From Octopus vulgaris (Eukaryota), in NCBI GenBank assembly GCA_951406725.2, contig OX597829.1, forward strand, positions 40,734,001-40,798,000: a DNA stretch of 64,000 nucleotides, in the 5' to 3' direction. The stretch's first letter is position 1. Each line of letters begins with the position of its first letter. Below, piece after piece: positions 28,944 to 41,409 of the stretch. The notes below the pieces were generated by a model that worked only from the letters and a program-made list of their open reading frames with translations, did no database searches and was not told the origin of the DNA. Made by a program: the position numbers and the translations under genes.

Positions 28944-29249
28944 ATATGCATCGATGTATACAAATATAATGCATATTATGTGCACATAACGTAACTGGTT
29001 AACAAGGGAATGCATGCGTGCTATGCTATGTGTGTGTAGGTATGCGTGTTGTGGGTGTATTCTTGTTGTATTGTGTGTGTGTGTGTAGTACATATCCATG
29101 TGCGCTCATGATGTCTGCTTTTAGATGCATGCACAATGGATAGTGCACACTTTCTTTTATCTTTGATTTTACTCTCTCTCTCACACATTCTATCAAATTT
29201 CTCTCTTTTGTAATTTGTCTTTCTTCACCATCTCCTGCTTTCTTCCCAT

Positions 29250-29323
<74 letters not shown>

Positions 29324-29509
29324 CCTCCCTCCTCGTTCCTTCTTTTATGCTTTCTGCTCCAACCACTCCTCATTGTAATCGCTCTATTTCTCTAGTCCTT
29401 GTGTCACAGTCACTCATTTAACATCATTTACTTGCCTATACAGATTTTTTTTTTTTTCACTTACAACACCATTCACACATGATTCATACTGTTTTGTCAT
29501 ATATAGACA

Positions 29510-29547
<38 letters not shown>

Positions 29548-29656
29548 GTTTGTTATTCCAGCCACTAATTCTAGTTGAATTAATCAAATATGCCGTATGA
29601 TTATTATCTACATATATATACATACATACATATATATATATACATGTATATATATA

Positions 29657-30036
29657 TCTCTATATAAACGGCAGTTTGTCTGTGCGTGTTTCTCTGTGTC
29701 TGTTTCCTTGTACCCTCACCCTGACCACGGCTTTCAACCGATTCTGATGAAACTTGACACACACATAGCCCAATGTCATAATTCAAAACTAACGCAGCGA
29801 AAATTTTGAAAAGTTCCCCCAGTTCTGAAAAAAATCGATAAATTCGACATGGGGTCGAGAATCAGAAACACAAACCAAAAACTGTCTAGGGGACGCAACT
29901 CCACCTTTTTTAAATCTCGAAAAAAATTTACCATAATTTTTTTCCATTTTTTGGCTATTTTTTGGCTATAACTCTCTAAAAATGCTTTATAGTTATTTCC
30001 CTTACAAACCTGAGCAACGCTGGGCGATACTGCTAG
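29657..30036 (+). mobile_element. Non-autonomous Helitron, copy 2
   Basis: A|TC...cctgagcaacgctgggcgatactgCTAG|T; same internal sequence as copy 1; also inside a TA-rich microsatellite. Confidence 0.85.
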
Positions 30037-30101
30037 TATATATATATATATATATATACATATGCATACATATACATACATACATATATATATATACATA
30101 C

Positions 30102-30212
<111 letters not shown>

Positions 30213-30221
30213 TATATATAT

Positions 30222-30322
<101 letters not shown>

Positions 30323-30566
30323 TACAGCAAAACAATAAATTTCCTAAAAACAGACACATGGAAAGCAGTACTTATCCTCTAAGGAGTTCATTTTGAAAAA
30401 AGGTAAAAGGAAAAAAAAAAAAAAAAAACTGCACTTATATTAAATCAACATTTCTAATTGCCACAGACTTGCTAAATTGGCATAAATAATTGCAAGTTAA
30501 ACCCTAATTCTAATTCCAACTGGAACTAAAATTCTAGACAAGCCTCAAACACAATAGATAATAAAT

Positions 30567-30966
30567 AGGAGTGGCTGTGTGGTAAGTAGCTTGCTAACCA
30601 ACCACATGGTTCCGGGTTCAGTCCCACTGCCTGGTATCTTGGGCAAGTGTCTTCTGCTATAGCCCCGGGCCGACCAAAGCCTTGTGAGTGGATTTGGTAG
30701 ACGGAAACTGAAAGAAGCCTGTCGTATATATGTACATGTATGTATATGTATGTGTGTGTTTGTGTGTCTGTGTTTGTCCCCCTAGCATTGCTTGACGACC
30801 GATGCTGGTGTGTTTACGTCCCCGTTACTTAGCGGTTGGGCAAAAGAGACCGATAGAATAAGTACTGGGCTTACAAAGAATAAGTCCCGGGGTCGATTTG
30901 CTCGACTAAAGGCGGTGCTCCAGCATGGCCGCAGTCAAATGACTGAAACAAGTAAAAGAGTAAAAG
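30567..30966 (+). mobile_element. SINE family A
   Basis: Family A match. Confidence 0.85.
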
Positions 30967-31476
30967 ACAGAGTATATATATATATATATATAGTAGTAAG
31001 TCCTGTTATGTGGTGCCTGAGAAATAGAATGAAAGAAAGAGAGGGGGGAGAAAGAGAGTGAGTATGTGTGATGTCATTTTCATAGGCTGTTTACTTTATT
31101 TTGTTTCTGACTTTCTTTTACAAACTATTTATTCATAAGGTAGATTCAGGTGTGGCATGTCTACAAGCTGTTTCAAATGTTAGTTTATTTAATCATAACT
31201 TTATGAACTGTCATCATCACTGTGAGGTACCGGATGACTAAAAGCACACCCTCGGTCACCACAGGCACAGTGTCCATGACCAAGACACTTAAATATCAAC
31301 AGACCGGCCTACCTAGCTGCAAGTTGGCACCGAGTGTGTACGTCACTTCTGTACCGTGTTCATGACTAAGCCACTTGGCTCTGAACAATCCAGTTCACCA
31401 AAATGTGAGTGGGTATCATAGTGCAATGTAACACACATGCATCCATCTATCTGAGGAAGCCATGTATTCACTTCTT

Positions 31477-32008
31477 ATTTCTTTTCTGCCCACAAGGGGC
31501 TACACACAGTGGGGACAAACAAGGACAGACAAACGGATTAAGTCAATTATATCAACTCCAGTGCGTAACTGGTACTTATCTAATCGACCTCGGCAGAATT
31601 TGAACTCAGAACATAACGGCAGACGAAATACCTATTTCTTTACTACCCACAAGGGGCTAAACACAGAGAGGACAAACAAAGACAGACAAATGGATTAAGT
31701 CGATTATATCGACCCCAATGCGTAACTGGTACTTATCTAATCGACCTCGGCGGAATTTGAACTCAGAACGTAGCAGCAGACGAAATACCTATTTCTTTAC
31801 TACCCACAAGAGAGGACAAACAAAGACAGACAAATGGATTAAGTTGATTATATCGACCCCAATGCGTAACTGGTACTTAATTTATCGACCCCGAAAGGAT
31901 GAAAGGCAAAGTCGACCTCAGCAGAATTTAAACTCAGAACGTAGCAGCAGACGAAATACAGCTAAGCATTTCACCCGGCGTGCTAACGTTTCTGGCCAGC
32001 TCGCCGCC
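31477..32008 (-). mobile_element. SINE family B tandem trimer (one headed unit plus two headless, deleted units)
   Basis: Three head-to-tail units joined at cagacgaaatacc|tatttctttac. Confidence 0.8.
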
Positions 32009-33720
32009 TTAAGTATTCACCTCTTCTGCAAGATGCCTGTTCCTGGCCATCTACCATACCTTCACCTCCCCCAGTACTGCACCCCACTCGGTTGAGGACT
32101 CTTATCCTGCAAGTTAACCAGTGATTTCCCCACCACCACCACCACTGGTGCTGATACTGTAGAATAAAAAGAGCCCTGTACATTGTGTGAAGTGATTGGT
32201 GTTATGAAGGACATCCAGCTGTAGAAGCCGTTCCAAAGCAGCCTTTGGAACTCAACACAGTCCTCGGATTCATCGGCTCCAGTCAAACTGTTCAACCGAT
32301 ACTAACATAGGACAAGTGTGCAATTATAGGAACAATGATGATTTTAAACACACACTCGTCTACTCACACACACACACACACACATACATATATATAGTTC
32401 GCTGGCATATGTAATTGTCAATGTTTGCTTCCACAACTCCTGACCATTGGTGTTGCTTTATTAATGTTCCCAATTTGGTGATACAGCAAAAAAAAAAAAA
32501 AATAATAATAATAATAATAATAAATAAAACAATAGAATATGTTCCAGGTTAAAAAAAAATAAACAATTATAAAATAAGTACTGGAGTTGATCCAAGGTTG
32601 TTCCCAAGCATGGCTGGAGTCCAATGACTGAACCAGTGTGTGCATGTGAGTGTATACATGTGTGTGTGTGTGTTCACTAGAAGTTTTGTCAGAGCAAATA
32701 ATTTTTCAGACATGTTAACTTGTTAATGATGTCTGTGTCATTGCTGCTGTGCTATTTAGCGTTGCACTTAGTCAACCTTGATCGAACGGACTTATGATTT
32801 TTAAGGGGGTTAAAGACAATCCGTCGCCAGGTGTAAACCTCACCACCTGGTCGTTGGAAGCCAGTGTTGCAAGTATTTTTTTTTTTTTTCAGATTAGGTT
32901 TTCAGTCTGATGATAACTTGCTCCCTTCCTCCCATCAATCACTGAAGCTCTGAGAAAGGATTAAATCTCTGTCGCTCTCTCTCTCTCTCCTTCTCTCTCT
33001 CTCTCTCTCTCTTGCGCATGTGTGTGCACACAAACACACACACCAGGACAAAATTTAGACATAGCAGGGGCCCCTGGGCGTTTTGTAAGCTCCTTGGTTT
33101 CTACAGCTGGATACCCTTTCTAATGTCAATTAGGTAATAGTGGCCCGTATTAAATCTAGGGACCCCAGAATTTAAAAGGGGCTCAGTAGATTCAGTTAAA
33201 TTTAATGGCTTTTTAAATGTAAAAGGGCCCAATGAATTAATAGAGAGTGCTATAGTATTAAAATATTTCTATAAATTCTTAAAAAAGAATTATACAAGTA
33301 AAAAAAATTTTTAATTATCAATGCTATTGTTGTAAATATATGATTTTAATTTTCAACTTTAAGCTTTAGCCTTCTCCGAATTAAAGGCCTTCACCCTCTC
33401 CAAGTTTGGTGGGTGTGGGGTCCATGGGCTATGGCTTGTATTACCTCATACGTAAATCTGGCCCTGACACTTATACATAGATATACTTAAAAGAAAATGC
33501 CGAATGACCACATCGAGTCTTGATCATTGATTCGAAAGAAACCAGCATATTATCCTAGGGAAAAGAAAATAATATTGTTGTAGTTGTTGCTTTTTCGCCT
33601 ACAAGAATGTGAGATAAAATGCCAACCACTTTAATTCGATAAAAAAGAACAATAAAAAAAAAGTCAATAATCGCTGAGAAAGTTGCAAAAAAAAGCAACA
33701 AAAGAGTTTCGACAAAGATA

Positions 33721-34140
33721 GGATCTTTTTGGTTTGAATGGCAGTTTTATCTAGCGGTGTCATATGAAATTGTCACCCATAATTATGACCCTAGTATCGA
33801 TCTATTACATTTCAATCTGTTTTAGGGTTAGGGGTGGGGGGAGAAGTATCTTTTTTTTCTTCACAAATGTAAATAAACCCAATCTGTTTCTTAAACGAGG
33901 GACATATTCATATGGCACAGAATGTTTTTTTTTTACCTCAATGGACGTCATTGATTGGTTGAAATTGCAGAAATTGAAGAAAAAGAAAAACAACAAATAT
34001 CTTACAAACCATAAAATTTTCTCATAAAAGCCAAAAGAAAAAGATGTTTTATAAACACATTCTACCAGTATACGAAGTCTAAATGTGTTTAGTTACGTGG
34101 AAATTATTTTAAAAAACTGCCGGTCAAACCGAAAAGATCC
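33721..34140. mobile_element. Non-autonomous TIR element (28-bp TIRs beginning GGATCTTTT), superfamily unassigned
   Basis: GGATCTTTTTGGTTTGAATGGCAGTTTT versus AAAACTGCCGGTCAAACCGAAAAGATCC (3 mismatches). Confidence 0.75.
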
Positions 34141-34873
34141 AAAAAAACAAAACAACAAAAGAGTTTCGACAAAGATATTTTACCAATGAGCGGAATTGAA
34201 CCAGTGTGTGTGTGTGTTAATCATATTGGCATGATGACCCTCCCTAGACACAACAAAAAAAGGGTTCGCTTTAATAGGACAGAGTGCAGGCAGTCTTTCT
34301 GGTTTCTTAGGCGTTCTTCGCTGTTGTATTGTTGGTCTGAAAAGAGATTCAGAAAGCTATAAATTTTCCTAAGACCATGAACTTTAAACTGGTGTTGTAA
34401 CATTAATGTCTGGGAAGTTTAAATACCAGAGCTAGTAGTTAAACGCAAAAAGAAAAAGAAAATAAGTGGAAAAGAGAGAGAGAGAGAGAAAAAAATTCTG
34501 TAATTAATAGCAGAAGAGAACGGAGAAAAGAGGAGGGGATGACAATTAAAGGACAAAAAAAAAAAGTAAATGGGTGTGTGTGTGTGTATACATACATAAA
34601 CATGCTTGCACATGCAAACTCACATTCTAAATACGCTTATATACGCACTCAATAAATGTACGTACTTGTCTGTATATATATATATATATATACACACACA
34701 TACATACACGTAGCGTATGTATGCATATAATACTTATTCTCCCTCCCATCCACCCGTCACCCATGAGGCACACACAGAGAGAGAAAACCCATACATTTTA
34801 TGCATAAATACATTTACAATATTACGATGAGCAGTGAAACAAACATAATTTTGCACAACCTACACACACACGT

Positions 34874-34910
<37 letters not shown>

Positions 34911-35281
34911 AACACACACACACGTACATGCACACACACAGACACGCACTCCCTCCCACTTCTAGTGTTTCTAGAAGATCACATGTCCGGCTATTGAAAG
35001 ACTTTTGTTTAAGACTATGTCAAGGTTAATAGATGGCCCAACCTTTCAACGATGATGATGATGTTGTCGCTGTTGTTGTTGGTAGTGGTGGTGGTGTTGT
35101 TGGTGTTGTTGGTGGCGGCGGTGGTGGTCGTCGTGGCGATGGTGATGGAGGTGTTGGAGGTGGATGGTGGCCTGTGGAAGGGAGGGGGGATGGCGAGCTT
35201 GTTTTTCTACTCTCTGTTCTATTGTCTATAAACCCCACCCTTAAAACATTATATATTATTGTCAACTACCTCTCACACTCG

Positions 35282-35328
<47 letters not shown>

Positions 35329-35719
35329 GTTCGCGCACGCGCACCACATTCTCATAAACAAATAGCCTTTCTCTCCTCCTCCTTTCTCCTCCTCTCTCTT
35401 TCTCCCAATTCAATCCCCTCAGATCTCTTTATCTTAACTTTCTCTCCCTCCCCCCTTCTCTCTCTCTCTCTCTCTCTTTGTTTCAATCTCTTTACAGCGT
35501 TTGCTCTCTCTCTCTCTCTCTCACATATATTATTCCTTTCTTTTCTACAATGACACCCTCTCCTTCCTCAATTTATCTTTTGCCTGTGTGTGTGTGAGTG
35601 TGTGTGTATTCTCTCCCTTATTCTCCCTCTATTTTCTCTAATATATCCAAGCTATTCTTAAAAACGTCCTCATACCCCTACCGTCCCCCCCCCCCCGAAC
35701 ACATTAAAAACTCCTTATA

Positions 35720-35887
35720 AGCAGGAGTGGCTGTGTGGTAAGTAGCTTGCTAACCAGCCACATGGTTCCAGGTTCAGTCCCACTGCATGGCATCTTGGGC
35801 AAGTGTCTTCTGCTATAGCCCCGGGCCAACCAATGCCTTGTGAGTGGATTTGGTAGACGGAAACTGAAAGAAGCCTGTCGTATATAC

Positions 35888-35943
<56 letters not shown>

Positions 35944-36145
35944 TTGTGTGTCTGTGTTTGTCCCACTAGCATTGCTTGACAACCGATGCTGGTGTGTTTA
36001 CGTCCCCGTTACTTAGCGGTTCAGCAAAAGCGACCGATAGAATAAGTACTGGGCTTATAAAGAATAAGTCCCGGGGTCGATTTGCTCGACTAAAGGCGGT
36101 GCTCCAGCATGGCCGCAGTCGAATGACTGAAACAAGTAAAAGAGT
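35720..36145 (+). mobile_element. SINE family A with ~48-bp flanking direct repeat
   Basis: Family A match; atacccctaccgtccc...gaacacattaaaaactccttata at 35672-35719 and 36146-36194. Confidence 0.85.
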
Positions 36146-36265
36146 ATACCCCTACCGTCCCCCGTCCCCCCGAACACATTAAAAACTCCTTATACATCCA
36201 TCAGTTTGTTTTGTCTTTGTTTTATTGAACTACTTCAAACATTGTTTCTGAATAGTTTTATCAAG

Positions 36266-36336
<71 letters not shown>

Positions 36337-36431
36337 CTATCTATATCAACACCATTTCTCCTCTGACCCATTGTTTCTTTAATTACACCACCATTTGCTC
36401 ATCCTCTGATTCTGTGTCTATCTTTCATTGC

Positions 36432-36638
36432 TTTACTCATTTACTCTTTTACTTGTTTCAGTCATTTTGACTGTGGCCATGCTGGAGCACCGCCTCTAGT
36501 CGAGCAAATCTACCCCAGGACTTATTCTTTGCAAGCCTACTACTTATTCTATTGGTCTCTTCTGCCGAACCGCTAAGTTACGGGGACGTAAACACACCAG
36601 CATCAGTTGTCAAGCGATGTTGGGGGAGACAAACACAG

Positions 36639-36709
<71 letters not shown>

Positions 36710-36750
36710 TACGACGGGTTTCTTCCAGTTTCTTACCACACAGCCACTAT
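36432..36750 (-). mobile_element. SINE family A (internally deleted)
   Basis: Family A match, inverted relative to 35720-36145. Confidence 0.75.
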
Positions 36751-37023
36751 ATATATTTTATATTTCCTTTGTTTCAGTTGTCTGTTTGTGGCCATGCTGA
36801 GGCACTTGCCTTAAAGTGTTCTCTCTAGCCAATCGACCACCCCCCCCAGTTCTTATTTATTTATTTATTTATTTATTTATTTGGGAGGTGGTGGCTTAAA
36901 ATACACTACTTATTCTATCAGTCTCTTTTGCTGAACCACTAAGTTACAGGGACATAAACAAACCGACACAGGTTGTCCCAGCATTAGTGGGAGACAAATA
37001 CAACACAAACAGTCATTCACACA

Positions 37024-37254
37024 GGCGGAGAGCTGGCAGAATCATTAGCACGTTGGACGAAATGCTTAGCAGTATTTTGTCTGCCACTACGTTCTGAGTT
37101 CAAATTCCGTCGAGGTCGACTTTGCCGTTCATCCTTTCGGAGTCGATTAAATAAGTACCGGTTACGCACTGGGGTCAACATAATCGACTTAACCCGTTTG
37201 TCTGTCCTTGTTTGTCCTCTCTGTGTTTAGCCCCTTGTGTGTAGTAGAGAAATA
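37024..37254 (+). mobile_element. SINE family B
   Basis: Full-length match. Confidence 0.8.
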
Positions 37255-37665
37255 GATATATGATGGTCTTCTTTCAGTTTTCATCTAGCAAATCCACTCA
37301 TAAGGCTTTGGTCAACTCTTCTACAATAGTAGAAGACAGGCCCAAGTTGTTGTACAGTGGAACTGAAACCAAGACTGCAAGGTTGGGAAGCAAACTGCTT
37401 AACCACACAGCCACAGTTGTGCCTAATTGAGATTGTTTTATTTTAATTATATTGTATTTATTTGCATACTGTGTTCAGTACAACATCACGCAGTATTTAT
37501 TCATATATGATTATTCATATATTAGAAATATTAAATTTCTAAATATCTAGATATTTAGAAATTTAATATTTCTAATTTTGGTGATCAGTGAATAAACTTC
37601 ACTGAAAATATATATATTTACGAAGGCTTCACAAGCAGCATCTTCAGCTAGCAGGCCATGCTACC

Positions 37666-37710
37666 CCAGACTGATGATGAGCAAAGACCCAGAAACATGC
37701 ATGCCTCTGG
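37666..37710 (+). ncRNA. Degenerate minimal type I hammerhead ribozyme motif
   Basis: CCAGA-CTGATGA-TGAG caaaga CCCA-GAAAC-ATGCAT-GCC-TCTGG: stem I CCAGA/TCTGG, intact CUGAUGA and GAAA, palindromic stem III loop. Stem II has one mismatch and the cleavage triplet is GCC instead of GUC. Confidence 0.55.
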
Positions 37711-37917
37711 ATGCAAGCCTAGCTGTTGGGGGTGCTTGTCTCCCCTTCGTAAATATAAGGACACAGGTAATGTGTCAAGGCCGACAGGAAGCGTCGATGC
37801 TTCCTAGGGCTAAATAGCAGTCGTGTGATTCCCTTTATGGGACTGCCATGTTAAGTTGACAGTATACAACCGCTCTATTTATATATTATTATTCATATAT
37901 GATTCGTCTTGACAGAG

Positions 37918-38204
37918 CTGTAGTTCCCAAAGTGGGCGGTATTGAACCCCGCCCCCCACCGAGGGTGGTGGAAAGTTTCAAGGGGGTGTTGAAGAAAAGT
38001 GGGGGGGGATAATGGGGTAGCGATTCATGTAAAAACAACAAGATAATGGGTTTGTTAGGTTAAGTTTTATTTAGTGAAATGCAGTTGCTTTGAATTTGCT
38101 TCAGAAAGAGCTCTATGTTTGTGATGGTTAGTCGGGGTGGGGGGCTCTAGGAATCTGGCCTGGGTGTCAAGTGGGTGGCAGCCCAATAAAGTTTGGGAAC
38201 CGCT
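37918..38204. mobile_element. hAT/Charlie-like MITE
   Basis: ctgtagttcccaaagt ... agtttgggaaccgctg imperfect TIRs. Confidence 0.5.
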
Positions 38205-39435
38205 GATTTAGAGGGTAGAATTAAAATGCCTTTATGACATTTGTTTCAGTCTTCCAGCATCATTCTGAGATCAAGTCGCATGAAGATGAGCTTTACTGCT
38301 CCATTCCTCCAGGGTCAATAAAATTAGTTACCGGTCAAGTAATTGCTCTGGTCAATTTAATTGATTTACCCCCTCCCCTCAAACTGTTGTCCTTGTTCTA
38401 AATTAAAAACAAACTTATATGATTAATCTTGTCAATCAAAATCGACACCATGCATCACCGCTTTACATGAACACCACCCTGTACTTAACTCCATGTCCCC
38501 CTACATGGCCTTGCTATTTGCTTTTGAGCCAAATTAACTAACTAACTAACTAACTAACCGCTAACAACAAACTACAAATCATGAAGCTTGTAATTAGCAA
38601 CATTCATCATTGCTATCATTACCATCATCGTCATCATCATTGTCGTCATCGTCATCATCCTCGTCGTTATCAGCTTCATTATCACCATTTAACATTTGTT
38701 TTCCATGCTAGTATGAGCTGGATAATTTGACTGGATCCAGCAAGCCACAGGCCTGAGCTAAGCCCCGGTGTCATCTTTGGGGTCTTTTCTACAACTGTTT
38801 GCTCTTCCTAACATCAACTCCATAACGGGGTGAACCAGGTGCTTCTTTCCGTGCCACTGGCACTAGTGATGTCACTAAGTAATTTGCAGGACAGAAAAAA
38901 AAAATTAGGAAAGGGTGGCAGTAGGGGGGCACTTCGTCATCACCTCCAGGTGGTGTTTATTAGGTAATGGATAGAGGCTCTATGCCAGATGTTGAGAGGA
39001 TGAAGTATGAAAACATAGGTGTCTTGCTATAGAGAAGATATATATAAGGGTGCTCCGCATCATATAAGGGTGAGTAGTTGTTACTGTGAAGAGGACGAAG
39101 AAGATAAAGAGGTTAGTTATAGAATGCCTGAGTAAACACTCAAAGTGCAAGAAGGTGAGTATAAGAGGGAGTATGGTCTGTGGGGGGAAAAGAGGATGAG
39201 AAGGCAGGTAGGGATGAATGTATTCAGTGATGAGCAAGGGTGGAGGAGGAGTTGCAGTTAATGGGAAATATCGGTATTGGGGAGGCGGGTAAGGTGGGAG
39301 AGATGGTTGTGGCTCAGGAAGATTTTTCGGGGTTGCGGGGGATGGGGTATGTAAACATTCTGCTTGCTAATTGATTTAAAATGCAGTTGTGTGATGGACA
39401 GCATAAATTTTCACTGTAGGTCTCTCTCATCCACC

Positions 39436-39538
<103 letters not shown>

Positions 39539-39727
39539 CAATAGCCTGCAATAACTTAAGAGTCAACCTAGTTCTCATTTAAGAATTTTTGGCTTTGTGG
39601 TAAGAAACTTGCTTCCCAACATATGGTTCCAGATTCAGCCCCACTGTGTGGTACCTCAGGCTAACCAAAGACTTGTGAGTGGATTTGATAGACAAAAACT
39701 GAAAGAAGTCCATCATATCTATATCTA

Positions 39728-39758
<31 letters not shown>

Positions 39759-39766
<8 letters not shown>

Positions 39767-40272
39767 AAAAAATAAGTTTGAAAACGCCACTATAGTAGAT
39801 AAATTTTAATTTTCTTATGAATTTTACATGTTCCGGTTCTTGAAAAAACGAACCTTATCAAAAATATTATAAAAAGTGTAATGGAGAAGAAAAGTTTAAT
39901 GGAGAAGTTCATAATCGTTTCTAACTGTTCTCAATAGAATCCATGTTCTTGAAAAAACGAACCTTATCAAAAATATTATACAAAGTGAAAATTGAAAAGT
40001 TCATAATCGTTTCTTACTGTTCTCAATAGAATCCATGTGGTGGTAGTTTTGTCGGTAGTTGGTATAATCGCTATATTACTGTTGAGTGTAGTGAAGAAGT
40101 CCATTATTGTTTCTTGCTGGTATCAAAAGGAACCGCTTTTTTGTAACCTTGTGTTCCAATGGTAGCAGCAATAGTGCTACCAATGGTAGCAACCGAAGCA
40201 TGTAAAATTCATAAGAAAAATAAAATTTATCTAATATAGTGGCGTTTTCAAACTTCTTTTTTACAAATATAT
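39759..40272. mobile_element. Insert with ~72-bp terminal inverted repeats and an internal ~105-bp tandem duplication, within (TA)n
   Basis: atatttgtaaaaaataagtttgaaaacgccac...ttttacatg versus catgtaaaa...gtggcgttttcaaacttcttttttacaaatat; gttcttgaaaaaacgaacc...gaatccatg is duplicated. Confidence 0.7.
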
Positions 40273-40304
40273 ACTCACTCGTATACGATCTACTCTTATT
40301 ATAA

Positions 40305-40390
<86 letters not shown>

Positions 40391-41133
40391 AGGGCTTGCA
40401 GTCGGCGGGTGGATGTCTCCAGGACCGTTCGGCAGGATGCCCGAGACGTCAGCCTAAGACGCCGTCAGCCCGGCGGGTGGCCGCCGCCTTCGCGCCACCT
40501 TGCTTCCTCCCGTTCGTCCATGCGCCGCGGGGCCGTTAGCGGCAGGCCTGCGCCGGTCGCCCGTTCCTCTGCCACGCTACCGTGCCCAAAATCGAAAGAA
40601 CGAACCCAAGCAACCATGCTAGTGCGGAAAACAGACGTTAAACGATGATGATGATGATGTATCAAAAATAAGGGTGAAAAAATTGGATATTAATTTAATA
40701 ATACCATCAATTTAACACCAAGTGGCTTAGCGCATAAAAACCAGAGATACAATAAAAATTTGTATGTATATATGTGTGTGTGTGTATGTATGTATATGTG
40801 TGTGTCTTTGTACCTGTGTTTGTTACTCCCCCCCCCATCACCTCTTGACAACTGGTGCTAGCATGTTTACATCCCCATAACTTAGCAATTTGGCAAAAGC
40901 AACCAATAGAATAATAAGCACTAGGCTTAAAAAATAAGTTCTAGAGTTGATTTGTTCAACTAAAATCCTTCAAGGTGGTATTCTGGCATGACCACAGTCA
41001 AATAACTAAAACAAATAAAAGAATGTGTGTGTGTATATATAGTACAAAGTAAGATAGGGGTTAATAAATAATATGAAATTGTAATATCTGTAAGTTGATG
41101 ATCGAAATGAATTTGTTCCTCCATTTTCTTATT

Positions 41134-41170
<37 letters not shown>

Positions 41171-41356
41171 TCACCATTACAGATCGCTAGCCACTAAACC
41201 TTTTTCTATTTTCTCTCCCTGTTTATTTTTGTGTTCCTTTCTGCCGAAGAGCGTAGGCTCGAAACATTAAAGACTTTCTCACTTCCCGAGCATTAAACTA
41301 ATACATCTTTTTGTTGTTTACACACCTGTCTTCATCTTTTGTTTTTTGGGAAATTC

Positions 41357-41409
<53 letters not shown>

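Noticed and set aside
33820-33840. Interstitial telomere
   Set aside because: Only about two TTAGGG units, internal to a TIR element.
35026-35365. Gly/Val- or Pro/Thr-rich ORFs
   Set aside because: Degenerate (GGT)n/(GTT)n trinucleotide tract with no splice support.
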